From: Zygnema circumcarinatum SAG 698-1b
Lineage: Eukaryota; Plantae; Zygnematophyceae
Assembly (NCBI GenBank): GCA_037447605.1
Contig: CM074808.1
Coordinates: forward strand, 186,001 to 250,000
Length of the DNA stretch: 64,000 nt
Direction: 5' to 3'
In this document: in pieces, positions 23,877 to 36,730 of the stretch
Layout of the letters: each line of letters starts with the position of its first letter
How positions within the stretch are numbered: the first letter of the stretch is position 1
Notes under the pieces: generated by a model
Database searches by the model: none
Told to the model about the DNA's origin: nothing
The model's input: the letters and a program-made list of their open reading frames with translations, nothing else
Translations under genes and position numbers: made by a program

Positions 23877-26800
23877 ATGGCGAGAAGAGGGCTCATGGAG
23901 CAGGACCTGAAGACGCTGGACGTGGCGGCGCTTCATCCTCTGTCGCCGGAAGTCATCAGTCGGCAGGCGACCATCAATATTGGTATTTATAACCTAGAAG
24001 AAGATGACTATCATCTATAACCTAAAAGGGACTGACTTAATTGAAAGTATGTGAAAGTATGTGAAGAAGAAGAATCAATTCTTTTTTACTCTGCCTATTT
24101 GAAGCGGAGGAAGATTTTTTCCTAATTTTGCAACTTTTTTTGCATGTTTCCTTGGAAGAAGTGCTCGTCGGTGGGATTTTAGGGTTCCAGCTGGCTGTTG
24201 CTTCTGAATTGCTCACAAATTTGTACTTTAAAATCATGCAGGGACAATTGGTCACGTCGCTCACGGAAAGTCAACGGTGGTCAAGGCTATTTCTGGGGTT
24301 CAGGTACTGTGCAGCCCTCAAAATGTTTTAACTCAAAGGTTTCCTTTCACGGAGGAAGTCAATTCTGAGGGTTTTGAAATTTTAGGAAAGAGGTGTTGTA
24401 GTACTTGCAGTTTTTCTGTGTGTAGTGCATGCATGCTTTGTCTGTTAACCCCGCTTTCCTCTCTCCCTTCTTTCTCTCCTCTCTCTCTTCTTTCTCCTTT
24501 GCCTCCCTCGCTTTCTCCTCTCTCCTCTCGCCTCTCTCTGCTCTCCCCCTCTCTCTCCCTCCTTACGCTCGCTGTTTTCTTTTAAAGAAGCATTGCTTCC
24601 ACGGAACGTGTTATTATTTGCATACCGTGAATTTTACTTTTAAACGGGAGCAGCACCCGATGGACCTGTGCCTTCGTCGAATGCACTGTACATAGGCGAT
24701 GTCGGCGTGTAAATTGGACATGGAACCCATTCAAAACGGAAGCAGGAACAGAAACTTCACGGAACAGTGTGTAATGGAATCTGTTTTTTCTTCGTTCCTT
24801 TCAAATGCAGACGGTGCGCTTCAAGAATGAGCTTGAACGCAACATCACTATCAAGCTTGGATACGCGAACGCAAAGATCTACACATGTGAAGATAGCAAA
24901 TGTCCTCGACCCATGTGTTACAAGTATGTGTGTTCATTTGAATGTAGTCTGGATTTGTCTTCAGCTGAATGCATTCCCACATATTTTGGTGCTGTCTAGA
25001 CCAACCAAACATATGTCCGGCATGCTCGAAAGCTGTTTGTCGCTCTCTTCTAGTGACTTCTTGCTCAAGGCTCCCTCGCTCTCTCGCTCTCTCGCTCTCT
25101 CGCTCTCCTTGCTTCTTCACAACTCTCTAAACCCCTCTCTTTCTCCCACTCGCACACACACACACACGCACCCAACACAATCACTCTTCCCTTTCCTTAT
25201 CCTTACTCCTGGCCTGTCTCTCTGTCTCTCGCTCTCCCTCCAGGGCGTACGGAAGTAGCAAGGAAGATACCCCTCTTTGTGATGTTCCGGGATTTGAGAC
25301 TGCGAGAATGAAGCTGCTCCGCCATGTGTCTTTTGTGGATTGTCCGGTGAGTATCCCGAATTTAGCATTTCCGAAAACTTTGAGTTTTATGGTCATTTGG
25401 AGGTTCGTGGCCTTCAGATTTCAAATCTACTCCTCATTCACATTCTCATTCCCTCTCCTGTAGGGCCACGATATTCTCATGGCTACTATGCTGAATGGAG
25501 CCGCCATTATGGACGGAGCTCTTCTGCTTATTGCCGGAAATGAGAGCTGCCCTCAGCCCCAAACCTCCGAGCATTTGGCGGCTGTGGAGATCATGAAGCT
25601 CAAAGACATCATCATTTTGCAGAACAAGGTTGATCTCATTCAGGAGACAGTGGCTATAAACCAACACGAGGCCATTCAGAAGTTCATCCAGGTGGGTCTA
25701 TTATGATCCATATAATCTTCTTGTCATTGTTGTTGTTGTTGTTGTTCTGTGACAGCACCGGTATTACTATTTTTGGTTGGGGAGAGAATTGAGAATTCTG
25801 TATTGTGTATTCTGTAGCTTTGTGCAGGAAACCTTTATCATCTGACAGAATGGAACATTAGACAGTCATCAATGCTGGTTTAATCTATCTTTTTGGGGCA
25901 GTCTGTGCCCTTCCATGTGCACATAACAGCTGGATTAACTAACCAATGAACTCCTGGATATGGCGTTCCATGTGGCTAAACTGGTCCCTGTTGTTGGCTG
26001 GACTGACCAACTGACGGCTTCGTTGCATATAACTGAAACTGCTCTGCTTCACATGGAACTTCCAGGGCACCATTGCAGACGGAGCTCCCGTTGTCCCTAT
26101 CTCCGCTCAATTGAAATATAACATAGATGTTGTATGCGAATACATTGTGAAGAAAATTCCAATTCCTATTCGGGACTTCAAATCGCAGCCAAATATGATT
26201 GTGATTCGCTCCTTTGACGTGAACAAGCCCGGAGCTGAAGTCGATGATGTCAAGGGGGGGGTTGCGGGAGGGAGTATTTTGCATGTGAGATGTTTCTCTG
26301 CCCTTTTCTCATTGTCATTACCTTTGTTTCTCTCTCTCCCATCGCTTTCACTCTCTCTCAGGGGTTGTTCTTCCCTCTCGCTGCTCCCCTCTCTTCCTTT
26401 CTTCTCCATCTGTCGTTTGCCACCAGCCTCTCTCTCATTGTCTTCCCCACCCACTCTCCTCTCTGTTCCCGCTTTGTAACTCTCTCTCTCTCTCTCCCTC
26501 TCTAATTTTCTCTCTCCCTCCATCCCTCGCTGATCCATTTGCTGCTTCTTCTCTTTGAATTTCAGGGAGTTCTTCGAGTCGGGCAGAAAATTGAGGTCCG
26601 ACCCGGAATCGTCTCCAAGGATACGGACGGAAGCATCAAATGCATTCCCATATTTTCTCGCATTATTTCTCTATTTGCGGAGCAGAATGAGCTTCAGTTT
26701 GCAGTCCCTGGGGGCCTCATTGGAGTCGGCACCACCATAGATCCGACTTTGACTCGCGCCGATCGGTTGGTCGGAAACGTTCTTGGAGAGGTCGGAGCTT

Positions 26801-26916
26801 TGCCAGACGTCTTCACAGAACTGGAGGTGGGACAACTTTTTCCATTTTCCCTAGAAAAAAAAACACAGCAGAGTAGTTGTCTTGTGAACTAAGGAAAGCA
26901 AACAAGATGGCCTCCT

Positions 26917-26958
<42 letters not shown>

Positions 26959-27467
26959 GGGCATTGAGAGGGGGAGGGGGAGGATAAGGAAGAGGAAGAG
27001 GGAGAGGAAAGGAAGGGGACGAGGGAGAGGAAAGGAAGAGGAAGAGGGAACCTTTAACCCTCAAATCTGTACTCCCTGAACCCCCTCCTCCTCTGAAACC
27101 CCTTAACCTAAACACGTTAAACCTAGCCTCCAAAACCCTAAACCCCCGACCTTGCCCCAATCCGCAGATCAACTTCTTTCTCCTCCGGCGGCTCTTGGGA
27201 GTTCGCACAAAGGGGACGGAGAAGCAGGGGAAGGTGGCGAAACTGACAAAAACGGAGGTCCTTATGCTTAACATCGGTTCCATGTCAACGGGAGCCCGTG
27301 TAGTTGCCGTTAAGAATGACCTCGCCAAACTGGCGCTGACGTCACCCGTGTGCACGAAGACGGGAGAGAAGGTGGCTCTAAGCAGGAGAGTGGAGAAGCA
27401 TTGGCGTCTTATTGGCTGGGGGCAGATTCAGGCGGGCATCAAGCTCAACATCCCGAAATCCGCTTAA
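23877..27467 (+). CDS. eIF2G: Eukaryotic translation initiation factor 2 subunit gamma
   Basis: Exons 23877-23982, 24242-24303, 24811-24923, 25244-25346, 25464-25691, 26066-26284, 26566-26826, 27168-27467. Motifs: [84 protein letters not shown]. Confidence 0.97.
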
Positions 27468-28273
27468 GCATGTTATGGAGGTTTAAAGTTTAGATGATAA
27501 ATGTGATGATATGAGGTTTTGTGAATTGAGGGAATGTGCGGAATTTTGTAGGGAGGGGTCGTGGCCGAGGATTAGGTAGGATGGAGGGGCGGCAGGAGGG
27601 GTGGGTTTGTTGTGGGCCAAAGGATGAGGGAGAGAGCAGGTGGGAGGCAGAGGGAGAGAGTGAAAGGGGGGGGGGGAAGAGAGTGTGGGGGGGAAGGGAG
27701 AGAGGGGAAAGAGAATGAAAGAGTCGACTGAAGTCAACTGAATAGGCTGGCAAATGGCTCCTTCGGTGTTACCTGTGTGCATTTTGATGGAAGGAAGTAC
27801 GGCTGCAGAGTGAAACGGAGGTCGAAAGGGTTCAGGTCATCTATGGTTTGTGGTTGGTAGATTTCTCGGGTTCTATGTCTTTCTGAGGTGTCTACTTCAT
27901 TTGTTTTTGTTTGTTTCGTCGGGTGCGAATGTGGAGGGAAACGGACTTCTTGTTATTGGGAAGTGTGGGAGACTTCACAACTATAACTGTAACTGTCTCG
28001 ACATGGAACCCCTCAAGCTCGGTCACATTCCTCTCACTCTTCAGCTTCATGGGAAAGAAACATCCCACCGTACCTTATTAAACCTTCCTTCCAGAGGAGA
28101 ATTAGTGATACAGTTCTTGCTCGGCTTCCCTCTCTGTCAGACAACTCGATATTTCGCAAAAAATGCCAAAATTGGGACCCCTACAAACTATAAAATAATA
28201 GGAGTTGTCCGCTACCTATCTAAACTCTCTTGGACTCTCATTCCCCCCCCCCCTCCCTCTCTCTCCCCCTTAC

Positions 28274-29974
28274 TCAGCTAGCCCTTCGTAGTGCAGACCA
28301 CAAATAGGCGACAACCGCAGCAAGCACAGCGAGCAGCAACGCTCCCACAGAGCCAAAGCTCAGAAGAGACGCACTTCGTGTACCCTCCTTCCTTCCATTT
28401 CCCTCAGAAAGACCTTTCACCTGCCCAACGTCCTTTTCTGTAGCTACCCGGAGTTCGTCCTCTGTGAAGGCCCAATTGGCGGCTTTGGGCAGAGAGGGGT
28501 CATTTTCAGGCTCCACAATTTCGCCCTCAATTTCAAGCCCTAACATGGCCTTGCAGCGCTCCTTGGCATCCTGCATACACCCTCAACATCACCTTAAAAA
28601 CCATTTTGGCACCATCTCCACATCACGTTTCCGGCTGGTACATAAATGTCCCATCTGGCATTACCTATTTTCCTAAGTCCGAGACGAAGATTTCCAATTA
28701 AGGTGCATTTTCTTTTCTTTCCGTTAAATCTCAGTACCTCCAAAGTCTCGGCCGCCATGAGGTAGTCCCCCAGCATGATGCCGTTCCCCCATTGGACCAA
28801 TATCCGGCGAGGCATCCCACATACATAGGGCTTCTCCAAACCATCCCTGCCCGGACCCATCCGTGGAAGTCAGTGCTCCCTCTCCCTCTCTCTCTCTTTC
28901 CCTCTCTCCCTCATTCTCACCTTGTCAATCTTCCTCTCGTTCCCTTTTGCCCTTCCCCACTTCCTCTCGATCCCGTTCTTCAACTTTTCCTGCCTCTCCC
29001 AGTCTTACCTTCCCCTCCTCTCCCTGTTCTCCCACTCCCTGCCCTCTATGCTCTCTGACTTGGCTTCCTCTCCCTCTCCCACACTCTCCCTCCTCTCTCC
29101 CTTGTCAAACTCACCCTGTATCTCCCCCTGATGCCAGCAAGGGGTTCACCACCTTCCTCCCTCTCTCCTCCTCCTTCTCCCCTCTCTCTCCCTCCTCCTC
29201 CTCCATAGCCTGCTCTGCTTCATCCACCAAAAGTTCCAACCGCGCTTTCAAACTCCCAATAATATCCGCCTGAAGAGACATAAAACAAAGAAAAGTGACG
29301 TTTCTTAAATTGGGCATAGAATAAATCCCCTAACGAAGGTAAAAGAGGGTGGAGGGCAGTTCAGAAATCTACAATCTCTCCAAAATGCCCTTCATTACTG
29401 TATTCAAAACCCCACAAAAAAGTTCACCTTTAGGTTACAAACCGCACTCCCAATCGTCTCCCTCTGATAGGCATAGGCCCGACTGTGAATCTCTCCTTGC
29501 AGTCGTATCATTCCAGAGGCAGAATCCGGAAAGCCAAACTGGGCTGCTTTTTCTGAAAAAACAAAGCATACAAATAAAAAAAGAATGAAAAAAAGGGATA
29601 CCCAATCACTCTCCTCTCTTTCTGTCTTCTCCACCTCAAAGGAAAAGTTCTTCTCACTCACTCGCCTCTCTTCTCGCTTCCTTCCTTTCGCCCTCCCTGC
29701 TCTTCTATTCCCGCTCGTCCTCGCTAGGCCTCTCCCTCCCTTTCACTTCAATCCCCTCGTCTCTCTCTCCCATAACTTCTGCCTCTTATCCCCTTAGCTC
29801 TCCCTCTCCATCTTCCTCTCCCTCTCCCATCCATCTTTTGCTCGCCTCCAACCCCCACCTCTTTCCTCCTATCTCTCTCTCTCTCTCGCCCTACCTCTCC
29901 TTCTCTCTCTCTTCCCCCTCTCTACCTCTCTCTCTCGCCATCTCCCTCTCTCTCTCCCTCTCTCACCCTCTCTC

Positions 29975-30020
<46 letters not shown>

Positions 30021-30169
30021 ATCTCTTCTTTTCTTTAACTTCATACCAGAGCTTTCCGAAAGCTCCCAATGTGGCGGTACGAAAAGCTCCACTTCATGAA
30101 CTGCGCTTGAAGCGGATGCCCCTCCCAATGCCTTCTCTGCCGCAGCCTGCACAGGGTTTTAGGTTTAGG

Positions 30170-30221
<52 letters not shown>

Positions 30222-31019
30222 CCCCCTCACTCCCTCCCCCATCCCCTCTCCCTCCCTCCCACCTCCAGGAGCCCATGACTTCATTGAAACAACCTCCATT
30301 GTCTTAAAGTCTCCCTTCTATCCCCTCCCTACCCTTCTCCCTCACCCCCTCTCTCGCCTTCCCATCCCAACCATCTCTCACATCTCCAACTCTCTTTCCC
30401 TCTCTCTCTCTCTCGCTCCCTCTCCCACTAGCACCAGGGAGGGAGAGCCTCTCCCACCAGCTCTCCGTCTACCAATGCCTCCGCCTCCTCCAACCGCACT
30501 CCCTCCTTAGCGATTGCTTCTTCCACACTCCTCCTCAGGTTTGCCTGAACTGTTCTTTTTACCGCTACACTGAAAAAGGACCGAACAGCGAGAGTGGGGG
30601 ACGAGGAAGAGTGGAGTAGAGAGAGGAGGGACGGAGGAAGAGGGAGATAAAGGTCAGAGAGGGAGAGTGGGAGACAGTGAAGGAGGGAGTGAGGGAGCAA
30701 GCGAGTCAAAAACGACTTCAAACTACATGTCAAGAAGATTTGGCTAATATTAATAAAATGAAGGCCTGCTGAACTGGACTGAAAATAGTTTAAACAAAGC
30801 AGTAGAAAAATGTACATATACATTTATGGAAGTCGAAAAGTGAGTGTTGAAGAAAAGGCCAAACCTGATATCCACAGTGTATGTGCAGGCAAAGCTATGG
30901 AAGTTGCCGAGAAGTTTCCCGAATTTGAGATCACAAGGGTGCAGGGAGGAAGGGGAGAAGGTGCCCACACAACTGCAAGTTCTGCATGTGAACCTGCGGG
31001 AGGGGGAGGAGGAGGGGGG

Positions 31020-31077
<58 letters not shown>

Positions 31078-33037
31078 AATGTAGCGATTAGAAAGAGTTG
31101 ATTGATCAACTACTACAATGAAAATGGTTTTTAAGTTTTGCACCTTTTTGGGCTTGAGCAGATGTGCAGAAGGAGGGGCTCAAAAGACGTCACGTCACGT
31201 GTGAGCGGACCAATAGCAGACGATTCCGCGACCGCCTTCACTGCCTGCCAAATGCGGACCCTCCCTTGAATATCTCCTCTCCCTCTCTCTCTCTCTCCCT
31301 CTTCCTCTCTCTCTTTTCCTCTATCTCTCTCTCCCTCTCTCTCACTTATGCTCTCTCTATGTCTCTCTCTCTCTCCCCCTCTCTCGCTCTTTCTCTCTTT
31401 CCCCCCTGAAAGCTCAACCCGGTGGCTTAACAACTTCAGATTACTATATGGAAATGAATCATGCAACTTGGCCAACTTTCAAAAGAAGGAAAGAAAAACA
31501 TGAGAGGTAGACGAGAAGAGAAACTGAATGGACTGTCCTCTTTTCCCTCAGACAGATTCGTTCCTTGATTGACGGTAACTTTAAGAAAAGCCTTTCATGA
31601 TTTTTGCCTAACGGGGTTCAAATGGGGGTTCATACCTGCCACAAAGTTGGAGCAGAATTTTTAAAGGTGGTTTCTGGAGAGAAGATGTACAGCCCAAGGA
31701 CTTGTATTCCCCCTAAAAGCATTCTCGAAATCTGCACAATGGCAATTCTTTTGGGTTAGGTTTTCGGTTTTTGGTTGACGGTTGTTAATGTTAGCGGTAA
31801 ATGGAGATGGAGGGAGGAGGGGGGGGGGAATGGGGGGAGAAGGGGGGGAGGAGGGGAGAGAGGGAAGGGAGGGGGTGAGAGGGGGAAGGGGGGAAGAGAG
31901 AGGGGAGAGAGGATCCTCCCTCCCCTCTCCCTCCCTCCCTCCTCTCTCCTCCCTTCCCTCCCCTCCCCTCCCTTCTCCCTCCCTCCCTCCCGCATCCCCC
32001 CTCCCCCTTCCTCCCTAGAGGTGGGGTGTGGGAGGGAGGGAGGGGAGGGGAGGGGAGGGAGGAGACGGGAGAGGGGAGGGAAGGGGAGAAGGGGGCGGGG
32101 AGGAGGGACGTAGAGGAGAGGGAGGAGGGGGGAGGGGAGAAGTGGGAGGAAGGGAGAGGGGAGAGGGGAGGGAGAGGGGAGAGAGTTGAACCCTCCTACC
32201 GATCCTACTCTAGAGACCCTAGAAACCCTAACGACACCCTACGAGCCCGAAAAACCCTTAATACCCAAAGGGTTTTAGAGCAGAGCCTGAGCCGTTGACC
32301 TGCCGCGCGTGTTCCGCGATCCAGTCCTCCTCCAACATCACTGAAAGTGATGCGTCGCCGCCCTTTGCATCACTGCCGGGCCGGCCCTTCTTCCCCTTCT
32401 TTGCTGGCGTTCCATGCGGTTCAGTTCCGTTGGTCGTTTGGAGGGGGGCGGTTCCTGTTGATGTTGGGGGGGTGGGCACGAGGGCAAGAATGTAATTTTT
32501 TGAGGAGGCTGCCGGTCTTCCGATAATCAAGCCAACCTAAAAATAAAAAGATCAGATATAAAAAAAAAAAGAAAAAAAAGGAAGCAAAGGGAGTTAGGAA
32601 AAAAGAAATTAAGGTAAAGCTGCAATCAGTTATTCGAAATAAATTCACACTGCAAGAAAAATGAACAGAAAAATTTAGGATTTTTAGGGTTTTTAAAGTT
32701 ACGTTTTATAAGGCTTAAGTAAACTTTTAGGGTTTACAGAAAAGTCTTAAAGTCTATTTTCTAATTTTTATAAACATCTTGAAACCCTAAACAAGGTGTT
32801 CAAGAAAAACCCAACTAAACTTTATACCCCCCCAAGCATTGAAAAAATCACAATCGGCTTCCTGGCGGACTAGAAATGTAAAAAAAAATCTAAGATCCAA
32901 TTCTTTTCGGCTTCCATTTTCTTATTTTTTTTCCTTTTCGGCTTCTGAAACACAACCTCCAAGGATATTTTTTTCCGAAATAATTTGTTGACGTGCTCGT
33001 CGAGAGAGGCCTCGTCTGCATGCGCAGTCCTCACCAT
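28274..33037 (-). CDS. ODR4: ODR-4-like ER membrane protein (C-terminal TM anchor)
   Basis: Exons 33037-32957, 32536-32300, 31731-31636, 31244-31144, 30993-30865, 30569-30458, 30146-30047, 29552-29428, 29269-29115, 28846-28738, 28570-28274. Motifs: VGLIIG, EEDWIAEHARQISRMLLGGIQVLGLYIF, LLHICSS, VHEVEL, ADIIGSLKARL, MPRRILV..GIMLGDY, and hydrophobic tail VGALLLAVLAAVVAYLW. Confidence 0.85.
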
Positions 33038-33383
33038 CTCTCCGCCCTCTCTTTACTTTATTTAATATTTCTTTACAAATTCTTCATATGTTTATTTATT
33101 AGATACATCCACAGCAATAACGCCAGCTGTCGCCACAAGAGGAATGTTCCTTGTAAGCAATCCCAGGGGTGTGCGTTTAACGCCTTGAGAGGTACGCGTA
33201 GGAGAACCGATTCGTTAATGTACAGTACTCAGTGCCATCGTGGTGACCTCCCATTGGTTCATTGACGCCAGCGTGGCACATTCTGCTTCCACGTCAGCAT
33301 TTCACATGTGCGAAATTGTCAAAATGTCGCTCTCCCCGACCACCTTCACATAACCGTTTTAACCCTAAAATTTCTGGAATTTT

Positions 33384-33577
33384 ACATACATACATACATA
33401 CATCCATAGATACATACATACATTCATACATATATACACAGACATATATGCATACATATATGCATAGACAGATAGCATACGGGCATACATACATACATTT
33501 TACACATGCATACGTACATCCATACATACATATATCTATGTATGTACATATACATGCATACATAGATACATAGATGC
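33384..33577 (+). repeat. (TACA)n-type microsatellite in the ODR4/oxidoreductase divergent intergenic region
   Basis: tacatacatacatacatcc... ending immediately before ATG 33578. Confidence 0.9.
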
Positions 33578-36500
33578 ATGGCAGGCAGGATCATTCGCTC
33601 TCTGGCTCGTCCCAGAACAAGCCTAAAGCTGCTCCCCTTCCTGTTCTTTGGAGCCTTCGCCGTCCTGCTCCTGCTCAAGCACATTGCTTCTCTGCGGAAG
33701 GGCATGAATCCCCTTCAAAAGCCAACGCTGGCGCTGTTGGGAGCCGGCCTGTTCGTGAAGGATCAGTATGTAGGAATCTTGAAAGAGCTTTCGGGGAGCA
33801 TTGAAGTGAAGGCGGTTTGGAGCAGGACTCAGGTGTGTTTCTCGTTAGGAAAATCTGTTTTTTTTTTTTCTTTTTCGTGTTTCTGAAACAGTTGTCATGG
33901 TTTTCCTTTCTCCTTTTCCTCTTTTGAGGCTTCTCTTCTTCTTCCCTTCCATACCTCCTTCCTAGGAAAGTTTCTAATGAACCCCATTGTGCCCTGACCC
34001 CTAAGCACCTTAACCCTAACCCTAGCCCTAATCCTAACCCTAACCCTAACCCTAATCCTAGCCCTAATCCTAACCCTAAACCTAACCCTAATCCTAGCCC
34101 TAATCCTAACCCTAACCCTAACCCTACCCTAAACTTAACTCTAACCCTGACCCTAATCTTAACTCCAACCCTGATCTAACCCTAACTCTTCTTAACCTCA
34201 ACTCTAACCCTAACCCTAGCCTGACCCTTGCCCTAACCCTAACCTTCATCCTAAATCTAACCCTAATGTGCTCTTACCACTTTTGAACTTGCCGGTGAAT
34301 TCAGACTCCTGCTACGGGGTAACGTTTTAGTGCCCTCTTCTTCCTTTGCAGAAAGCTGCAGAAGAAGTGACAGCGCTTGTAAACGAATACTCCGATGCAT
34401 CTTCTTTTTTTGGAGACGAAGGCCTTCAGACTATATTGGACGATCCTCGAATTCACGCAGTCGCTGTTGTTTTGCCTGCTCAGATTCAGGTAATGGGGGG
34501 GAGCTATGTCGGAAAGTGACTTTATTGAAAGTTCATTGGGTCTTTTGTTCCATTATGTTCCATTCATTGCAATGTAGTGCTTTCAAAATGTTTAATTGGC
34601 TCTTAGTTTAACTCGTACCTTCTTTGCATCCCAGCCGGAGGTGGTGATCCGAGCACTTCGAGCAGGAAAGCATGTCATTCAAGGTGAAGGCTGATCTGTT
34701 ATTTTCTGATATCTGTTTTAGCAGCAGAGTGAATGCATGAAACACAGAGAAACAGTAGCCAAGGAAGCCGGTCTCTGCTTCAAAGAAATAAGGGATTGTT
34801 CACTAATTATTAGAAATAGACAATCTTTACCTTATTGAAGCTCGCCTTTTCTTCTTACTGTTGATCAACTCCGGAACGAAACATATCCAAGCCATTCAAT
34901 CAATCCAACGTCTCTTCCTAAAGAAATGTCTCTTCCTAGTGCAGCTGTCAATAACTAAGAATTTCCTATGGGCTTTCGAAATCAGGAATTTATTTGTTTC
35001 CTATTCTTCTTTTTCTCCTCTCTCTTTTTCTCCCACATTCTCTCTCTCTCTCTCTCTCTGTCTCTCTGTCTCTCTCTCTCTCTCTCTGTCTCTCTGTCTC
35101 TCTCTCTCTCTCTCCCTCTCTCTCTCTCTCTCTCACTTTCGTCCGTTTGGTGTATCAGAAAAGCCCGTAGCTGCCAGTGAGTGAATATCTCCCCCCGGAA
35201 CTACAGAATCGGATTCGTAGAGGCGGAGTCCGGACATTCCGAAGTCCCTGTTTCTTTTCCTTTCTCTCCACCTTTCCGTCTCTCTCCCTCGCGCTCTCCA
35301 CCCTCTCTCGCCCTCTCCTGCCCCCTCTCACCGCTTCTCCATGGCTCCTCGCCTACCTCCATTCCTCTCTCGCTTCCCCCCTCTTTCTCTCCTCCACTCT
35401 GGTCCCCTCTCTCCCCTCCCACTCTCCCTCTTTCCCTCTCTTATTCTCTCTCTCCCCCCTCTCTCCCTCTCGCCCTCTCTCTCCCTCCCTCCCTCTCTTT
35501 CTGTCCCCCTCTCTCTCGTTTCCCTGTTCTCTCTCTCTCTCCCTCTCTCTCTCTCTCCCTCTCTCTCTCCCTCCCTCTCTCTCTCTCCCAGGCCTGCGGG
35601 AAGCTCGAGCGGTCCTCTCTGCGTACCATGACCTGTCCCAGGGCGGAGCGCCGCCCCCCATTTGGGCCGTTGCGGAAAATTACCGCTTTGAGCCGGCCCT
35701 GCAGGAGGTTTGCTCTTCACCAAATATTAAAATTTCTTTTGGATAAATATGTATGTTTGTATGTATGTATGTATACACATACATATGTGTATATAAATAT
35801 TGGCATTCTAGGTCAATGCTGTGCAGTAATCTCCCCCTCTCTGTGTTTCTCTTCCTCCCCGTTTTTTTTTTTTTCACTATTGTTTCAGGCTGCCCGGTTG
35901 GTGCCAACCATCGGGGACATCATGATCGTCCACGTGGCAGTGGAGGCGCCCATGAACGAAGGCAACCAATACTTCGCCTCCACGTGGCGCCGCGACCCGA
36001 AATTTCACGTAAAGTTTTTACCGCTCCCTCCCCCACCCCCCTATTTTTTTTTTTTAAATGACCAAAGAGAATAGGAATAACTGTAAGACTGACTGTAAAC
36101 AGTTTCTACCGCCCCTTTTTTTGTGCAGGGAGCATTTTTGATAGATGGAGGAGTACATTTTATTGCAGGACTTCGCCTGGTAAGTTGCAGCCTCTCCCTC
36201 TCTCTCGCCCCCTCTCTCACTCTCGCCCACTCTCTCTCTCGCCCCCTCTCTCTTCCTCGCCCTCTCTCTCTCTCTCGCCCTCTCTCTCTCGCCCCCTGTC
36301 TCTCTCGCCCTCTCTCTCTCTCTTGCCCCCTCTCTCTCTCTCCCCCCCCCTCTCTCTCTCGCCCTCCCCCCACCCCTCTCTGAAAATCAGCTACATCCGT
36401 TCACTGTATTGATCCCGAAATTTTGCTCCCATTTAATTCCCGCTCGGTTTCGGTCGCTTGAGTGCTGCTGACGTCAGTTCAGGTTGACTCGTGTTAATGG

Positions 36501-36691
36501 CAATAGGTTGCTGATGTCAGCATGAACCTTTCTAAGTTTGTACCTTCGCGGATGTTCAGATTGTGGGGTCGGAGGTGGCGACTGTGACAGCTGTCACGAG
36601 TCACATGGATGAAACACTCCCTCCTCCGGACAACTTGGTGGCAATCATGTTCGTGCCTCCCTGCATTTCCGCGTGCGAGAAAGAGAGGGAA

Positions 36692-36730
<39 letters not shown>

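Noticed and set aside
30253-30305. Possible extra ODR4 exon (GAG|gtggga donor)
   Set aside because: No phase fits the flanking exons; the homology (LVDGEL..HEVEL) is continuous without it.
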